10,101 nucleotides of DNA, taken from assembly GCA_963977445.1 (NCBI GenBank), contig CAXBPH010000257.1, positions 1 through 10,101 of the forward strand, written 5' to 3'. The stretch comes from an uncultured bacterium (GTDB lineage Bacteria > Hydrogenedentota > Hydrogenedentia > Hydrogenedentales > JAEUWI01). Numbering within the stretch: position 1 is the stretch's first letter; each line of letters begins with the position of its first letter. Positions 1 to 8,053 of the stretch are shown piece by piece. The position numbers were made by a program, and so were the translations under genes. Below the pieces are notes generated by a model that made no database searches, had not been told where the DNA came from, and was given only the letters and a program-made list of their open reading frames with translations.

Positions 1-2197
1 TGCTGAACTGGCGGAATCCAGACCGGACGATATGGGTGTGAAACTCGGCTACGCCCGCAGTCTCCTGTTGGTTGAGGAGCGTGAAAAGGCCGAAACGCTG
101 GCCCGCGAAGTTCTGGAGCAGGATCCGGAATCCGGCTGGGCAAATTTCATTGTTGGTTTCAATAAAGTTGAGTCCGGTTATTTTGAGGAAGCCCGTGCGT
201 TCCTGGTTCAAGCCGCCCGTGCGCTGCCCGACAATAAAGAAGTGGGTGGTTTGCTCGCCTATGCGGAAAGCGGAGGGACGACGGAGCGCGAAACAGAGAC
301 GCCCGTTGTTGCGAAATCGCCCGTGGTACCGGTGGGTGTCGACTCCACGACCTGGCAAGGCCTCTGGAAACAGGCTGCCCTCAATCGGCTCCTGCAGAAT
401 CGCGATATGTATCTGGCTGACGGGGGGGAAGAAGCCCGTGAAGTTTTGACCCTGGCTGCTCTGTTTACCTACCAGGCCGTCTTATCCCGTGAATTGGCCG
501 ACGGACTTCCCGAAGAATCGAAGGTCCGTGGTTTCATTGACGCGTTTTTGTCAAAAGATGCCAGCAAAGTCGCGGCGCTTTTTGAGGGGTGGAAAACGGA
601 AGAACCAGAAGAGACGCAGTTACACGACAACGCCCTTGGTTTTGCCATGGTGTCCAGTGGTGCCCGGGAACGAGGTCTCTCCGTATTCCTGTTTTGCCTT
701 GAGCGTTGGCCCGATCAGGGCGTAGCGCTTTTCAATATTGCACAGGTATTTCGCCGGTTGGGCCAACCCATGATCGCGGCACAAAATCTTCAGCGCCTTA
801 TCGCCATGTATCCCGAGAATATCGATGCACACCAGATGCACTATACGGCGCTGCGCGAGGGACGAGCATTTTCAGCGGCGAGGCAAGCTGCCGAGGCCAG
901 TTTTGCCCTGTTCCCGGAAGAAAAGTGGACCCATATTTACCTCTGTCAGTCCTATCTCGATACCAACGATCCGGGTCTTGCGTTGCAGCGTCTGGGACGT
1001 GCCACGACTCAGTTTCCCGATGATCCGGAATTGCAGACCATTCTTGGTAAGGTACTGGTTCGTGTCGGTGATTGTGAGCAGGCCACTACGGTTCTGGAAG
1101 CTATCTCAACGACGGCACCCGCAATCATTGCTGACCGTGCCGCCATGCTGGCACTATGCCGTGACCTGAATGGCGATACGGCCGGTGCAATGGAAATCGC
1201 TCAGTCGGTAGCTGGGCCCAACAGAAACAATCCTCTCGCGGTACTCTTGGCGGCTCTTCTTGTCGAGAAAGGCGAGCGAGAGGCCGCATTGGCAACCTTG
1301 ATGCCGGTCGAGGGGCGTCCGGCCTTTGGTGGACAATATGGGACTATTCTTGCGGCCGCACTGGGTGCCGATATCCCGGCATTAAAAACCGACGAAAAGG
1401 CCTGGGCGGTTACCTTGTCAGAAAGGCCTGCTTTATTCACCGCCTACGCTACTGCTTCGGCCCTGATTCTGGCTGATTTGAATGATGCGGCGTGGACATA
1501 CTACCAGGCCCATCTCGCCAGCGAAACACCCCATATTGCGTTGGTACAGATCGCCTTCCAGGCACTTGGTGGTGCTGATTCTATCGAGGACGTCCCGGGT
1601 GAAGCGCGTAAGATCGTCGAAATGGCTCCCAATGATGGTCGGGCGTGGTTGGGACTCGCATCGCTCTTGAAAGAACGCAAGGACATGGAAGGCGAAAAGG
1701 AAGCTATCCAAAAGGCCCTCGACGTCGCCCCCGAATCACCCTTTCGTCATGCGGAATTGATGGAACGGGACGGCAGTATTGCTGAGGCGGTCGCGGACTA
1801 TCGTAAACTCGTTGAGCTTCTTCCCGACAATGGGCCTGCTAACAATAATCTGGCCTACACCTTGCTGCTCCAAGGCGGCAATGATGAGGAAGCGCTGAAG
1901 CATGCGACTATGGCCGTCGAAAAGCGGCCACGCGATGCAGGTGTGCTTCACACCCTCGGGCTGGCCCAAATGCGGACAGGCGATCTGGAGGAGAGCCGAA
2001 AGAACCTCCAGCGGGCAACCGAGATGGACCCGGCGAACCCGACGATCATGTATGACTACGGTCGCCTTTTGGCCCAGTTGGACGAAAAGAACGAGGCTGA
2101 GAAGCGGATTCGTTACGCCTTGGCCATGAGCCGCAACGCGGGAATCGATTTTCCCCAGGCGGCGGAGGCTGAGGCCCTGGTTGAAACACTCAAGTAA
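1..2197 (+). CDS. Large tetratricopeptide-repeat protein, 5'-truncated by the window edge; C-terminus resembles PEP-CTERM/exosortase-associated TPR proteins (PrsT-like)
   Basis: The frame is open from base 2 (AELAESRPDD precedes the ATG at 32), so the true start lies upstream. There are many ~34-aa TPR units, e.g. GRAWLGLASLLKERKDMEGEKEAIQKALDVAPES and AGVLHTLGLAQMRTGDLEESRKNLQRATEMDPAN. The C-terminal NNLAY...VLHTLG...IMYDYG...FPQAAEAEALV pattern recalls PrsT-type proteins (inference). Stop TAA at 2195-2197. Confidence 0.9.
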   Translation, partial: AELAESRPDDMGVKLGYARSLLLVEEREKAETLAREVLEQDPESGWANFIVGFNKVESGYFEEARAFLVQAARALPDNKEVGGLLAYAESGGTTERETETPVVAKSPVVPVGVDSTTWQGLWKQAALNRLLQNRDMYLADGGEEAREVLTLAALFTYQAVLSRELADGLPEESKVRGFIDAFLSKDASKVAALFEGWKTEEPEETQLHDNALGFAMVSSGARERGLSVFLFCLERWPDQGVALFNIAQVFRRLGQPMIAAQNLQRLIAMYPENIDAHQMHYTALREGRAFSAARQAAEASFALFPEEKWTHIYLCQSYLDTNDPGLALQRLGRATTQFPDDPELQTILGKVLVRVGDCEQATTVLEAISTTAPAIIADRAAMLALCRDLNGDTAGAMEIAQSVAGPNRNNPLAVLLAALLVEKGEREAALATLMPVEGRPAFGGQYGTILAAALGADIPALKTDEKAWAVTLSERPALFTAYATASALILADLNDAAWTYYQAHLASETPHIALVQIAFQALGGADSIEDVPGEARKIVEMAPNDGRAWLGLASLLKERKDMEGEKEAIQKALDVAPESPFRHAELMERDGSIAEAVADYRKLVELLPDNGPANNNLAYTLLLQGGNDEEALKHATMAVEKRPRDAGVLHTLGLAQMRTGDLEESRKNLQRATEMDPANPTIMYDYGRLLAQLDEKNEAEKRIRYALAMSRNAGIDFPQAAEAEALVETLK

Positions 2198-2211
2198 GAC
2201 GTAATTTGCTC

Positions 2212-2252
2212 TCGGGGCAAACCCCATTGGTGGTTTGCCCCGATTTATATTT
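2212..2252 (+). terminator. Intrinsic (Rho-independent) terminator after the TPR gene
   Basis: Perfect 12-bp stem TCGGGGCAAACC (2212-2223) / GGTTTGCCCCGA (2232-2243), 8-nt loop, followed by TTTATATTT; begins 14 nt after the stop codon. Confidence 0.8.
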
Positions 2253-2325
2253 AGTCGGGTTGTTTTCCTGGGCGGTGATCTACCGACATCGATATCCGGA
2301 AACCCACAAAAGAATTGGCGTTGGA

Positions 2326-2766
2326 ATGTATGATTTTGAACGGTTGCGCCGTGCACGAATATTTCGTGACTACAGTAATGAAGAAATTGACGCGGTTCTA
2401 AAGCTCGGTACCCAGCAGCATTTTGAGGGTGGCGTTGAAATATTTCGAGAGGGCGAGCCAGGCCGCTATCTCTATGTTGTGTTGGAAGGCGTCGTATCCA
2501 TTCGCTGTGGTGATAAGCATATCGCCAAATGCAAAGAGTATGAGGCCTTTGGCGAAATGGCGACCCTCCACCAGCGGCCGCGATCAGCCACCGCGAGGGC
2601 GGTAACCCCCGTGCGTGCCCTCGCCTTCGGCGAGGAAGAAGTCGCCCGCCTGCTGGAGAGTCCCCAGGCCATCCAGTTTCTTCTGAACATTATTGAAGTG
2701 CTGAGTGCCCGGCTGGAAATGGGCAATGCCTGGATTGCCGACAGTATCGAATCACAACGTCGATAA
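2326..2766 (+). CDS. Stand-alone cyclic nucleotide-binding (CAP_ED/cNMP) domain protein, 146 aa, no HTH
   Basis: IFREGEPGRYLYVVLEGVVSI and the phosphate-binding cassette FGEMATLHQRPRSATARA, followed by the C-helix LLNIIEVLSARL. ATG 2326 is preferred over the ORF-track TTG at 2206, whose extension crosses the terminator hairpin. Confidence 0.88.
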   Translation: MYDFERLRRARIFRDYSNEEIDAVLKLGTQQHFEGGVEIFREGEPGRYLYVVLEGVVSIRCGDKHIAKCKEYEAFGEMATLHQRPRSATARAVTPVRALAFGEEEVARLLESPQAIQFLLNIIEVLSARLEMGNAWIADSIESQRR

Positions 2767-2909
2767 GCGGGCACCGTGGCTTCTATCCGTTCTGTCAGCT
2801 CGATTGTTTTTCTATATCGAGCGGCCGTCGTCGCTTACGTCAATGGTCTCAGTCCGTTACAGCTATTCTTACGCGATAAGAAACCCCTGTGGCGCCGAGA
2901 CAAGGCCGA

Positions 2910-2918
2910 TGGTACAAT
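2910..2918 (+). promoter_or_regulatory. Putative extended -10 promoter element for rel
   Basis: TG-G-TACAAT matches TGnTAnnnT about 100 nt upstream of the rel ATG. No clear -35. SD-like AGAGG at 3008-3012. Confidence 0.45.
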
Positions 2919-3017
2919 CAATGGTGTAGCGCAGGCACGTCTGCTGACTCGGTAGTAGCCTTCCTCGTGATTCAGCGCTACCTGCGGTAACGACGGCTCA
3001 TTAGATAAGAGGCCACC

Positions 3018-5060
3018 ATGCGAAGTCAGTTTGTTAAACTAAAAAAGCAATTACGTCACGCTTTTCCCGAAAGCGAGCTCGAGGTGGTGCGGACCGCGTA
3101 TCGCGTCGCCGACGAGGCCCATCATGGGCAAACCCGCCTTTCCGGCGAGCCCTTTATCCTGCACAGTCTTTCGGTGGCGCAGAATCTTGCCTCTATCGGC
3201 CTGGATCCGATCACCTGCGCGGCGGGCCTTCTGCACGACGTACTCGAAGATACGACGGTGACCAAAAAAGAACTCCGGGCCACCTTTGGCGAGGAGATCG
3301 TTTCCCTGGTCGACGGTGTGACAAAGATCGGAAGCCTGAGCTTTCCCGAGCACCTGATGACGCAGGAAATAAAGCAGGCACAGAATATACGTAAAATGCT
3401 CGTGGCCACGGCCAAAGACGTGCGCGTGATCCTGATCAAACTCGCCGACCGCCTCCACAACATCCGCACCCTGGAGCACCTTCGAAAAGAGAAACGTATC
3501 CGAATTGCCCGGGAGACCTTGGATATCTATGCCCCCATGGCCCACCGACTGGGTATATCTCAGTGGAAATGGGAACTGGAAGACCACGCTTTCCACCATC
3601 TCATGCCAGACGATTATCGGGCGATTGCCCGGCAGGTAGCCATGAAGCGGCGCGCCCGGGAAATACAACTGGCGGAAATCATCGAGTTTCTCGAGAAGCG
3701 ACTTTCGGAAGCGGAGGTCACCGCACGGGTGATCGGCCGCCCGAAACACCTCTACAGCATCTATCAAAAGATGGTGCAGCAAGGTAAAGATTTCTACGAA
3801 GTCATGGATATCCAGGCGATTCGAATCATTACCCAGACCGAGGCAGGCTGCTACAACGCCCTCGGGGTGGTCCATAGTCTCTGGACGCCCATTCCGGGCC
3901 GTCTGAAAGACTATATCGCCATGCCGAAGCTGAACATGTACCAGGCAATTCATACCACCGTCATGGGGGACAATGCCCAGCCCCTGGAAATTCAGATTCG
4001 CTCGGAAGAAATGGACAAAACCGCGCGCGAGGGCATCGCTGCCCACTGGAACTATAAGGAAGGCACGGGTCACGGCGATCGAAAGCTCGATTCCCATCTC
4101 GGCTGGCTCCGCCAGATGTACGGCTGGCTGAAAGATGCGCATGCTCCCGAGGAGCTAATGGATAGCATGCGCCGGGACTTCGGCATGTCCCACACCTATG
4201 TGTTTTCCCCCAAGGGAGAGGTAAAGGAACTGCCCCCCGGCGCGACACCCCTGGACTACGCCTATCTGATTCACTCAGACGTAGGCCACCGGTGTATTGG
4301 TGCCCGCGTAAATGGCCGTATGGTTCCCCTGCGCTACCATTTGCAAACGGGCGACGTGGTGGAAGTGTTGACATCAAAAAATCAGACCCCCCATCTGGAT
4401 TGGGTTGATATTGTGGTGACCGGACGGGCACGTACCCGAATCCGTCAGCGCCTCCGTGAACTGGGTGAGCTTGCTCCAGTAGATGATCCGGCGCACCAGA
4501 CCCATCAGGACGAAGAGGAACCGCGGGTCCGTCCACGCACCGTGGCACCCCGGCCGGTTCGTGAAGTAGACGAAGCTACCCGCAAGAATCTCATCCGTAT
4601 AGAAGGGGACAAGGGACTGGAGGTGCAGTTCGCAAAGTGCTGTAATCCCATGCCGGGCCATCCCTTGATTGGCTATATCACCAAGAAGACGGGCATCAGT
4701 GTGCACCGCGCAGATTGCAAGAGTTTTGCAAAATCTGCCCGGGATGCGGCCCGCGTTGTGGAAGCGACGTGGGAAGGAGAAGGGCTCTTTGAGACCACCC
4801 TCCATGTTGTCATGGGACAGCGGCCCAATGTGCTTGCCGATCTTACCAATGCACTACGTCCTATTAACATCGACATCCTCCGCGCAGCCTACAGGACCGA
4901 GGAGCAGGGCGTCGGATACTTCGACTTTACCGTGGAAACCTCCAGTCAGGGTGCGGTCAACCGTATCGTGCGAACCTTGGAAGCGTTGACGGGCGTGGTG
5001 TCTGTTTCTCGCGAAGAGACCAACGACCCCGCCCTGGTTTCCCTGGCAGTAGCGGGTTAG
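3018..5060 (+). CDS. rel: Bifunctional (p)ppGpp synthetase/hydrolase, long RSH (Rel / RelA-SpoT family), 680 aa
   Basis: Hydrolase domain: [38 protein letters not shown]. Synthetase: [24 protein letters not shown] (RxKD), [33 protein letters not shown]...[26 protein letters not shown]. Zinc-finger [10 protein letters not shown]...GYIT...VHRADC, and a C-terminal ACT/RRM-like domain. Confidence 0.97.
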   Translation: MRSQFVKLKKQLRHAFPESELEVVRTAYRVADEAHHGQTRLSGEPFILHSLSVAQNLASIGLDPITCAAGLLHDVLEDTTVTKKELRATFGEEIVSLVDGVTKIGSLSFPEHLMTQEIKQAQNIRKMLVATAKDVRVILIKLADRLHNIRTLEHLRKEKRIRIARETLDIYAPMAHRLGISQWKWELEDHAFHHLMPDDYRAIARQVAMKRRAREIQLAEIIEFLEKRLSEAEVTARVIGRPKHLYSIYQKMVQQGKDFYEVMDIQAIRIITQTEAGCYNALGVVHSLWTPIPGRLKDYIAMPKLNMYQAIHTTVMGDNAQPLEIQIRSEEMDKTAREGIAAHWNYKEGTGHGDRKLDSHLGWLRQMYGWLKDAHAPEELMDSMRRDFGMSHTYVFSPKGEVKELPPGATPLDYAYLIHSDVGHRCIGARVNGRMVPLRYHLQTGDVVEVLTSKNQTPHLDWVDIVVTGRARTRIRQRLRELGELAPVDDPAHQTHQDEEEPRVRPRTVAPRPVREVDEATRKNLIRIEGDKGLEVQFAKCCNPMPGHPLIGYITKKTGISVHRADCKSFAKSARDAARVVEATWEGEGLFETTLHVVMGQRPNVLADLTNALRPINIDILRAAYRTEEQGVGYFDFTVETSSQGAVNRIVRTLEALTGVVSVSREETNDPALVSLAVAG

Positions 5061-5067
5061 GCAGGCT

Positions 5068-7071
5068 ATGGAACGCTTTACACTTGAATCGGAATTTGGC
5101 CCCGCCGGAGATCAGCCCGCAGCCATTGATGCCCTTGTGGAAGGACTCAAGGAGGGACTGTCCCATCAAGTATTGCTGGGTGTAACGGGTTCTGGTAAAA
5201 CATTCACCGTAGCCAATGTAATCGAGCGCACCCAACGTCCAGCCCTCGTCCTGGCCCACAATAAAATTCTCGCAGCGCAGCTCTATGGCGAATTCAAGTC
5301 ACTTTTCCCAAATAATGCGGTGGAGTATTTCGTAAGCTATTATGACTACTATCAGCCCGAAGCCTACGTGCCTGCCAGCGATACCTTCATCGAAAAAGAC
5401 GCATCGATCAATGATGAAATTGACAAGATGCGCCATGCGGCAACCCGTGCACTGCTGACGCGCCGTGATTGCATCATCGTGGCGAGTGTCTCATGTATCT
5501 ACGGTATTGGCTCGCCGGAGGTCTACGGTGCCATGCGCATCGAGCTGGAGCCCGGGGCCACGATGGACCGCGACGAGCTTGTGTCGGGCCTGGTGGAAAT
5601 GCAGTATGGCCGCAACGACGTGGACTTCTATCGCGGCACCTTTCGCGTTCGTGGCGATATCGTAGATGTATTTCCGAGTTATGAAGCCGAACGCGCCGTT
5701 CGTATCGAGTTTTTCGGGGATGAAATCGAATCCCTCGTGGAAATCGATCCCCTCCGAGGCACCGTCCTGCGGAAACTGAAACGGACGGCCATCTACCCCA
5801 AAACCCACTACGCCACGACCCGAAATCGACTGGAATTGGCCATTGAGGGCATAAAAGATGAGCTGGAAGAGCGCCTCATCGAATTAAACAACGCCAATGA
5901 AATTCTTTATGCCCAGCGCCTCGAACAGCGCACCCGATATGACCTGGAAATGCTGAAAGAGATTGGTTTTTGCTCCGGTATTGAGAACTATTCTCGCCAT
6001 CTTGAAGGGCGTCCAACGGGAGAGCCGCCCTACACCCTGATGAACTATTTTCCCGATGATTACCTGCTGATCATCGATGAAAGCCATATTTCTGTGCCCC
6101 AGGTGGGCGCCATGTATAAGGGCGATCGGTCGCGAAAAGACAAGTTGGTGGAATACGGATTTCGCCTCCCCTGTGCGCGGGACAATCGTCCACTCAAGTT
6201 TCCTGAGTTCGAAGACCGCATGGGCCAGACCATTTACGTGAGCGCCACGCCCTCAAAATACGAGCTGGAGCAATCCGAGGGGCTTATCGTTGAGCAAGTG
6301 GTGCGCCCGACCGGGCTGATCGACCCCGAGGTTGAAATACGCCCCGCGACAGACCAGGTGGATGACCTGCTGGGTGAGGTGCGCATCCGGGCCGAGCGGG
6401 GAGAGCGGGTCCTCGTGACCACCCTTACCAAACGAATGTCGGAAGACCTTACCCCCTACTTCGCGAGCCTGAACGTCCGTGTGCGCTACATGCACAGCGA
6501 CGTGGATACCCTCCAGCGCATTGAGTTGATTCGTGAGCTGCGCCAGGGGGTATACGACGTGCTTGTGGGCATCAACCTCCTGCGGGAGGGATTGGATATA
6601 CCCGAAGTCTCGCTGGTCGCCGTGCTCGACGCCGACAAAGAAGGTTTTCTACGTTCCGAAACGAGTCTTATACAGACCTGCGGCCGTGCGGCCCGAAACG
6701 CAGAAGGCAGGGTCATCCTCTATGCCGATCGGGTAACGGGCTCCATGCAACGGGCCATGTCAGAAATGGATCGTCGCCGGGAAAAGCAGCGTGCTCACAA
6801 CACCGAACACAATATAACCCCCACCTCGGTGAGCCGGGCCATACCCGATCTGTTGGGCACCCTCTACGAGCGCAAAGAAGCCAAAGGCTTCAAGCCGCTG
6901 GCCGCCGAAGATCCTGACCTTTACGTGGCCGATGGCGACATCAACAAGACCATCAAAAAACTCGAGAAGTCCATGAAAGAAGCAGCAGGAAAGATGGACT
7001 TCGAAAAAGCGGCAGAATTCCGCGACCGCATGCTTGCGTTGGAGCGTCGTCAGATCGAGATGGGGCTGTAG
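5068..7071 (+). CDS. uvrB: Excinuclease ABC subunit B, 667 aa
   Basis: PAGDQPAAI, Walker [13 protein letters not shown], beta-hairpin [47 protein letters not shown], and C-terminal UVR coiled coil [18 protein letters not shown]. Tandem TAG TAG stop. Confidence 0.98.
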   Translation: MERFTLESEFGPAGDQPAAIDALVEGLKEGLSHQVLLGVTGSGKTFTVANVIERTQRPALVLAHNKILAAQLYGEFKSLFPNNAVEYFVSYYDYYQPEAYVPASDTFIEKDASINDEIDKMRHAATRALLTRRDCIIVASVSCIYGIGSPEVYGAMRIELEPGATMDRDELVSGLVEMQYGRNDVDFYRGTFRVRGDIVDVFPSYEAERAVRIEFFGDEIESLVEIDPLRGTVLRKLKRTAIYPKTHYATTRNRLELAIEGIKDELEERLIELNNANEILYAQRLEQRTRYDLEMLKEIGFCSGIENYSRHLEGRPTGEPPYTLMNYFPDDYLLIIDESHISVPQVGAMYKGDRSRKDKLVEYGFRLPCARDNRPLKFPEFEDRMGQTIYVSATPSKYELEQSEGLIVEQVVRPTGLIDPEVEIRPATDQVDDLLGEVRIRAERGERVLVTTLTKRMSEDLTPYFASLNVRVRYMHSDVDTLQRIELIRELRQGVYDVLVGINLLREGLDIPEVSLVAVLDADKEGFLRSETSLIQTCGRAARNAEGRVILYADRVTGSMQRAMSEMDRRREKQRAHNTEHNITPTSVSRAIPDLLGTLYERKEAKGFKPLAAEDPDLYVADGDINKTIKKLEKSMKEAAGKMDFEKAAEFRDRMLALERRQIEMGL

Positions 7072-7101
7072 TAGGGACGCGTCCGCCGGAGCCGGAAAGG
7101 G

Positions 7102-7293
7102 TTAGGGGATGATTGACCTGATACGCTCGACTATAACGAAAATTAAGGAAATAATGTAATGGTATGCCTTTGGCTGATTAGGTGAACGATTCACCGACGC
7201 AAGCTGAGGACCCAGGCCCAAGTAGAGTCCCAAAAATACGGACAAGATGCCGAGAACACCAAAGGCCCAATGCTCTCTTATCCATTCTATCAA
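7102..7293 (-). CDS. Possible small membrane protein or gene remnant (63 aa from TTG; frame open to 7371)
   Basis: Two hydrophobic segments (WAFGVLGILSVFLGLYLGLG; YIISLIFVIV). Lies in an AT-richer region (~44% GC counted over 7101-7300). Only a TTG start and no clear SD. Confidence 0.35.
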   Translation of the reverse strand: MIEWIREHWAFGVLGILSVFLGLYLGLGPQLASVNRSPNQPKAYHYIISLIFVIVERIRSIIP

Positions 7294-7524
7294 TGCTTTG
7301 GTGTGAAAGGTAAAACTCTCGCGCCATGGCGAATCGGTCTTGAGCGTCTTTAGTGTCTTGCCAACAACTACTCAATAACCCGAGCAGGCCAATAGCCCTC
7401 GACTTTGTGAAGTATGCGGGTTAACACGTGGGGCAAGATTCACGCGATTCGAGTGTGGTATTTTGTCGAAAGGCGTTAACACCGTCCAATAAACTCTTTG
7501 GCAAGAGAGGAACTGATTAAACCT

Positions 7525-7701
7525 ATGGACAAGATAAAATGTCGCGAGTTCAGGGGAAACGCATTTTGGTTTTGGATACTTTGTCTCAGTGGCATAGGGA
7601 TTCCGCTGGCCATCCTTTATCTCATCGAAAGCACTATCGAAATTGAATACGAGGTTAGCGACGCGGAAGCGCTGCTACAGCAGCACTTTGGTAAAAAATA
7701 A
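7525..7701 (+). CDS. Small hypothetical membrane protein, 58 aa
   Basis: MDKIKCREFRGNAFWFWILCLSGIGIPLAILYLIESTIEIEYEVSDAEALLQQHFGKK: basic N-terminus, a hydrophobic segment with a GIGIP kink and an acidic tail. Purine-rich GAGAGG at 7505-7510 upstream (long spacing). Alternative TTG start at 7498. Confidence 0.65.
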   Translation: MDKIKCREFRGNAFWFWILCLSGIGIPLAILYLIESTIEIEYEVSDAEALLQQHFGKK

Positions 7702-8024
7702 CAACGAGTCTCGATAGTTGGATAGGGGCAATATCAGCGCCCATGAGCAGGGGGAATATGCCGTGACAGTAGGTCGGCGTAGAGGGACTCAATGTTTCAT
7801 GAAACGGGATAGGTGAGTCGGGCCGTTGACTCCTGAAGTTTGTCGTTGTTACGGAGGGCGGAGACCGCGGCTATGGGTTGACCGTTCGAAGCGAAGTTCC
7901 TGAGATGGTGCTACCGGATTTTTTCTCAACCCGCAAGAAATCAGTGTCCATAATTAGGACAGTTTTTTACACGGAATTACGAGACTTCACAATAACGCAA
8001 ACTACTAGCACACTGGGAAATAGC

Positions 8025-8053
8025 TTGCAAGAATTCACCTGAACCGCTATCAT
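8025..8053 (+). promoter_or_regulatory. Putative sigma70 promoter for the 444-aa gene
   Basis: TTGCAA (8025-8030), exactly 17 nt, then TATCAT (8048-8053). Strong SD GAGGTGA at 8073-8079 before ATG 8090. Confidence 0.6.

Noticed and set aside
2206..2325. 40-aa N-terminal extension of the cNMP protein (TTG start)
   Set aside because: It overlaps the terminator hairpin, and the domain begins naturally at ATG 2326.
1736..2356. 206-aa minus-strand ORF
   Set aside because: Shadow of the TPR gene; it crosses the terminator and has no protein-like features.
2705..2929. 74-aa plus-strand ORF between the cNMP gene and rel
   Set aside because: It overlaps the cNMP gene end and the putative rel promoter, with no SD or motif support.
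2824..2997. Long-range pairing GCCGTCGT (2824-2831) / ACGACGGC (2990-2997) spanning ~175 nt, 6S-sized
   Set aside because: Only 8 bp, I could not build a continuous rod inside it, and a likely promoter lies in the middle.
3051..4142. 363-aa minus-strand ORF antisense to rel
   Set aside because: It lies wholly opposite a highly conserved gene, has no recognisable motifs, and long antisense frames are expected from codon bias in GC-rich genes.
3961..6736. Numerous short alternative-frame and antisense ORFs inside rel and uvrB
   Set aside because: Fully nested in conserved housekeeping genes, with no independent coding signals.
7072..7108. Possible terminator after uvrB (GGACGCGTCC palindrome, CCGG repeats)
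   Set aside because: No stable stem with a U-tract on the + strand; too weak to call.
7178..7375. 65-aa minus-strand ORF overlapping the 7102-7293 ORF
   Set aside because: Less protein-like than the overlapping hydrophobic frame, with a TTG start and no SD.
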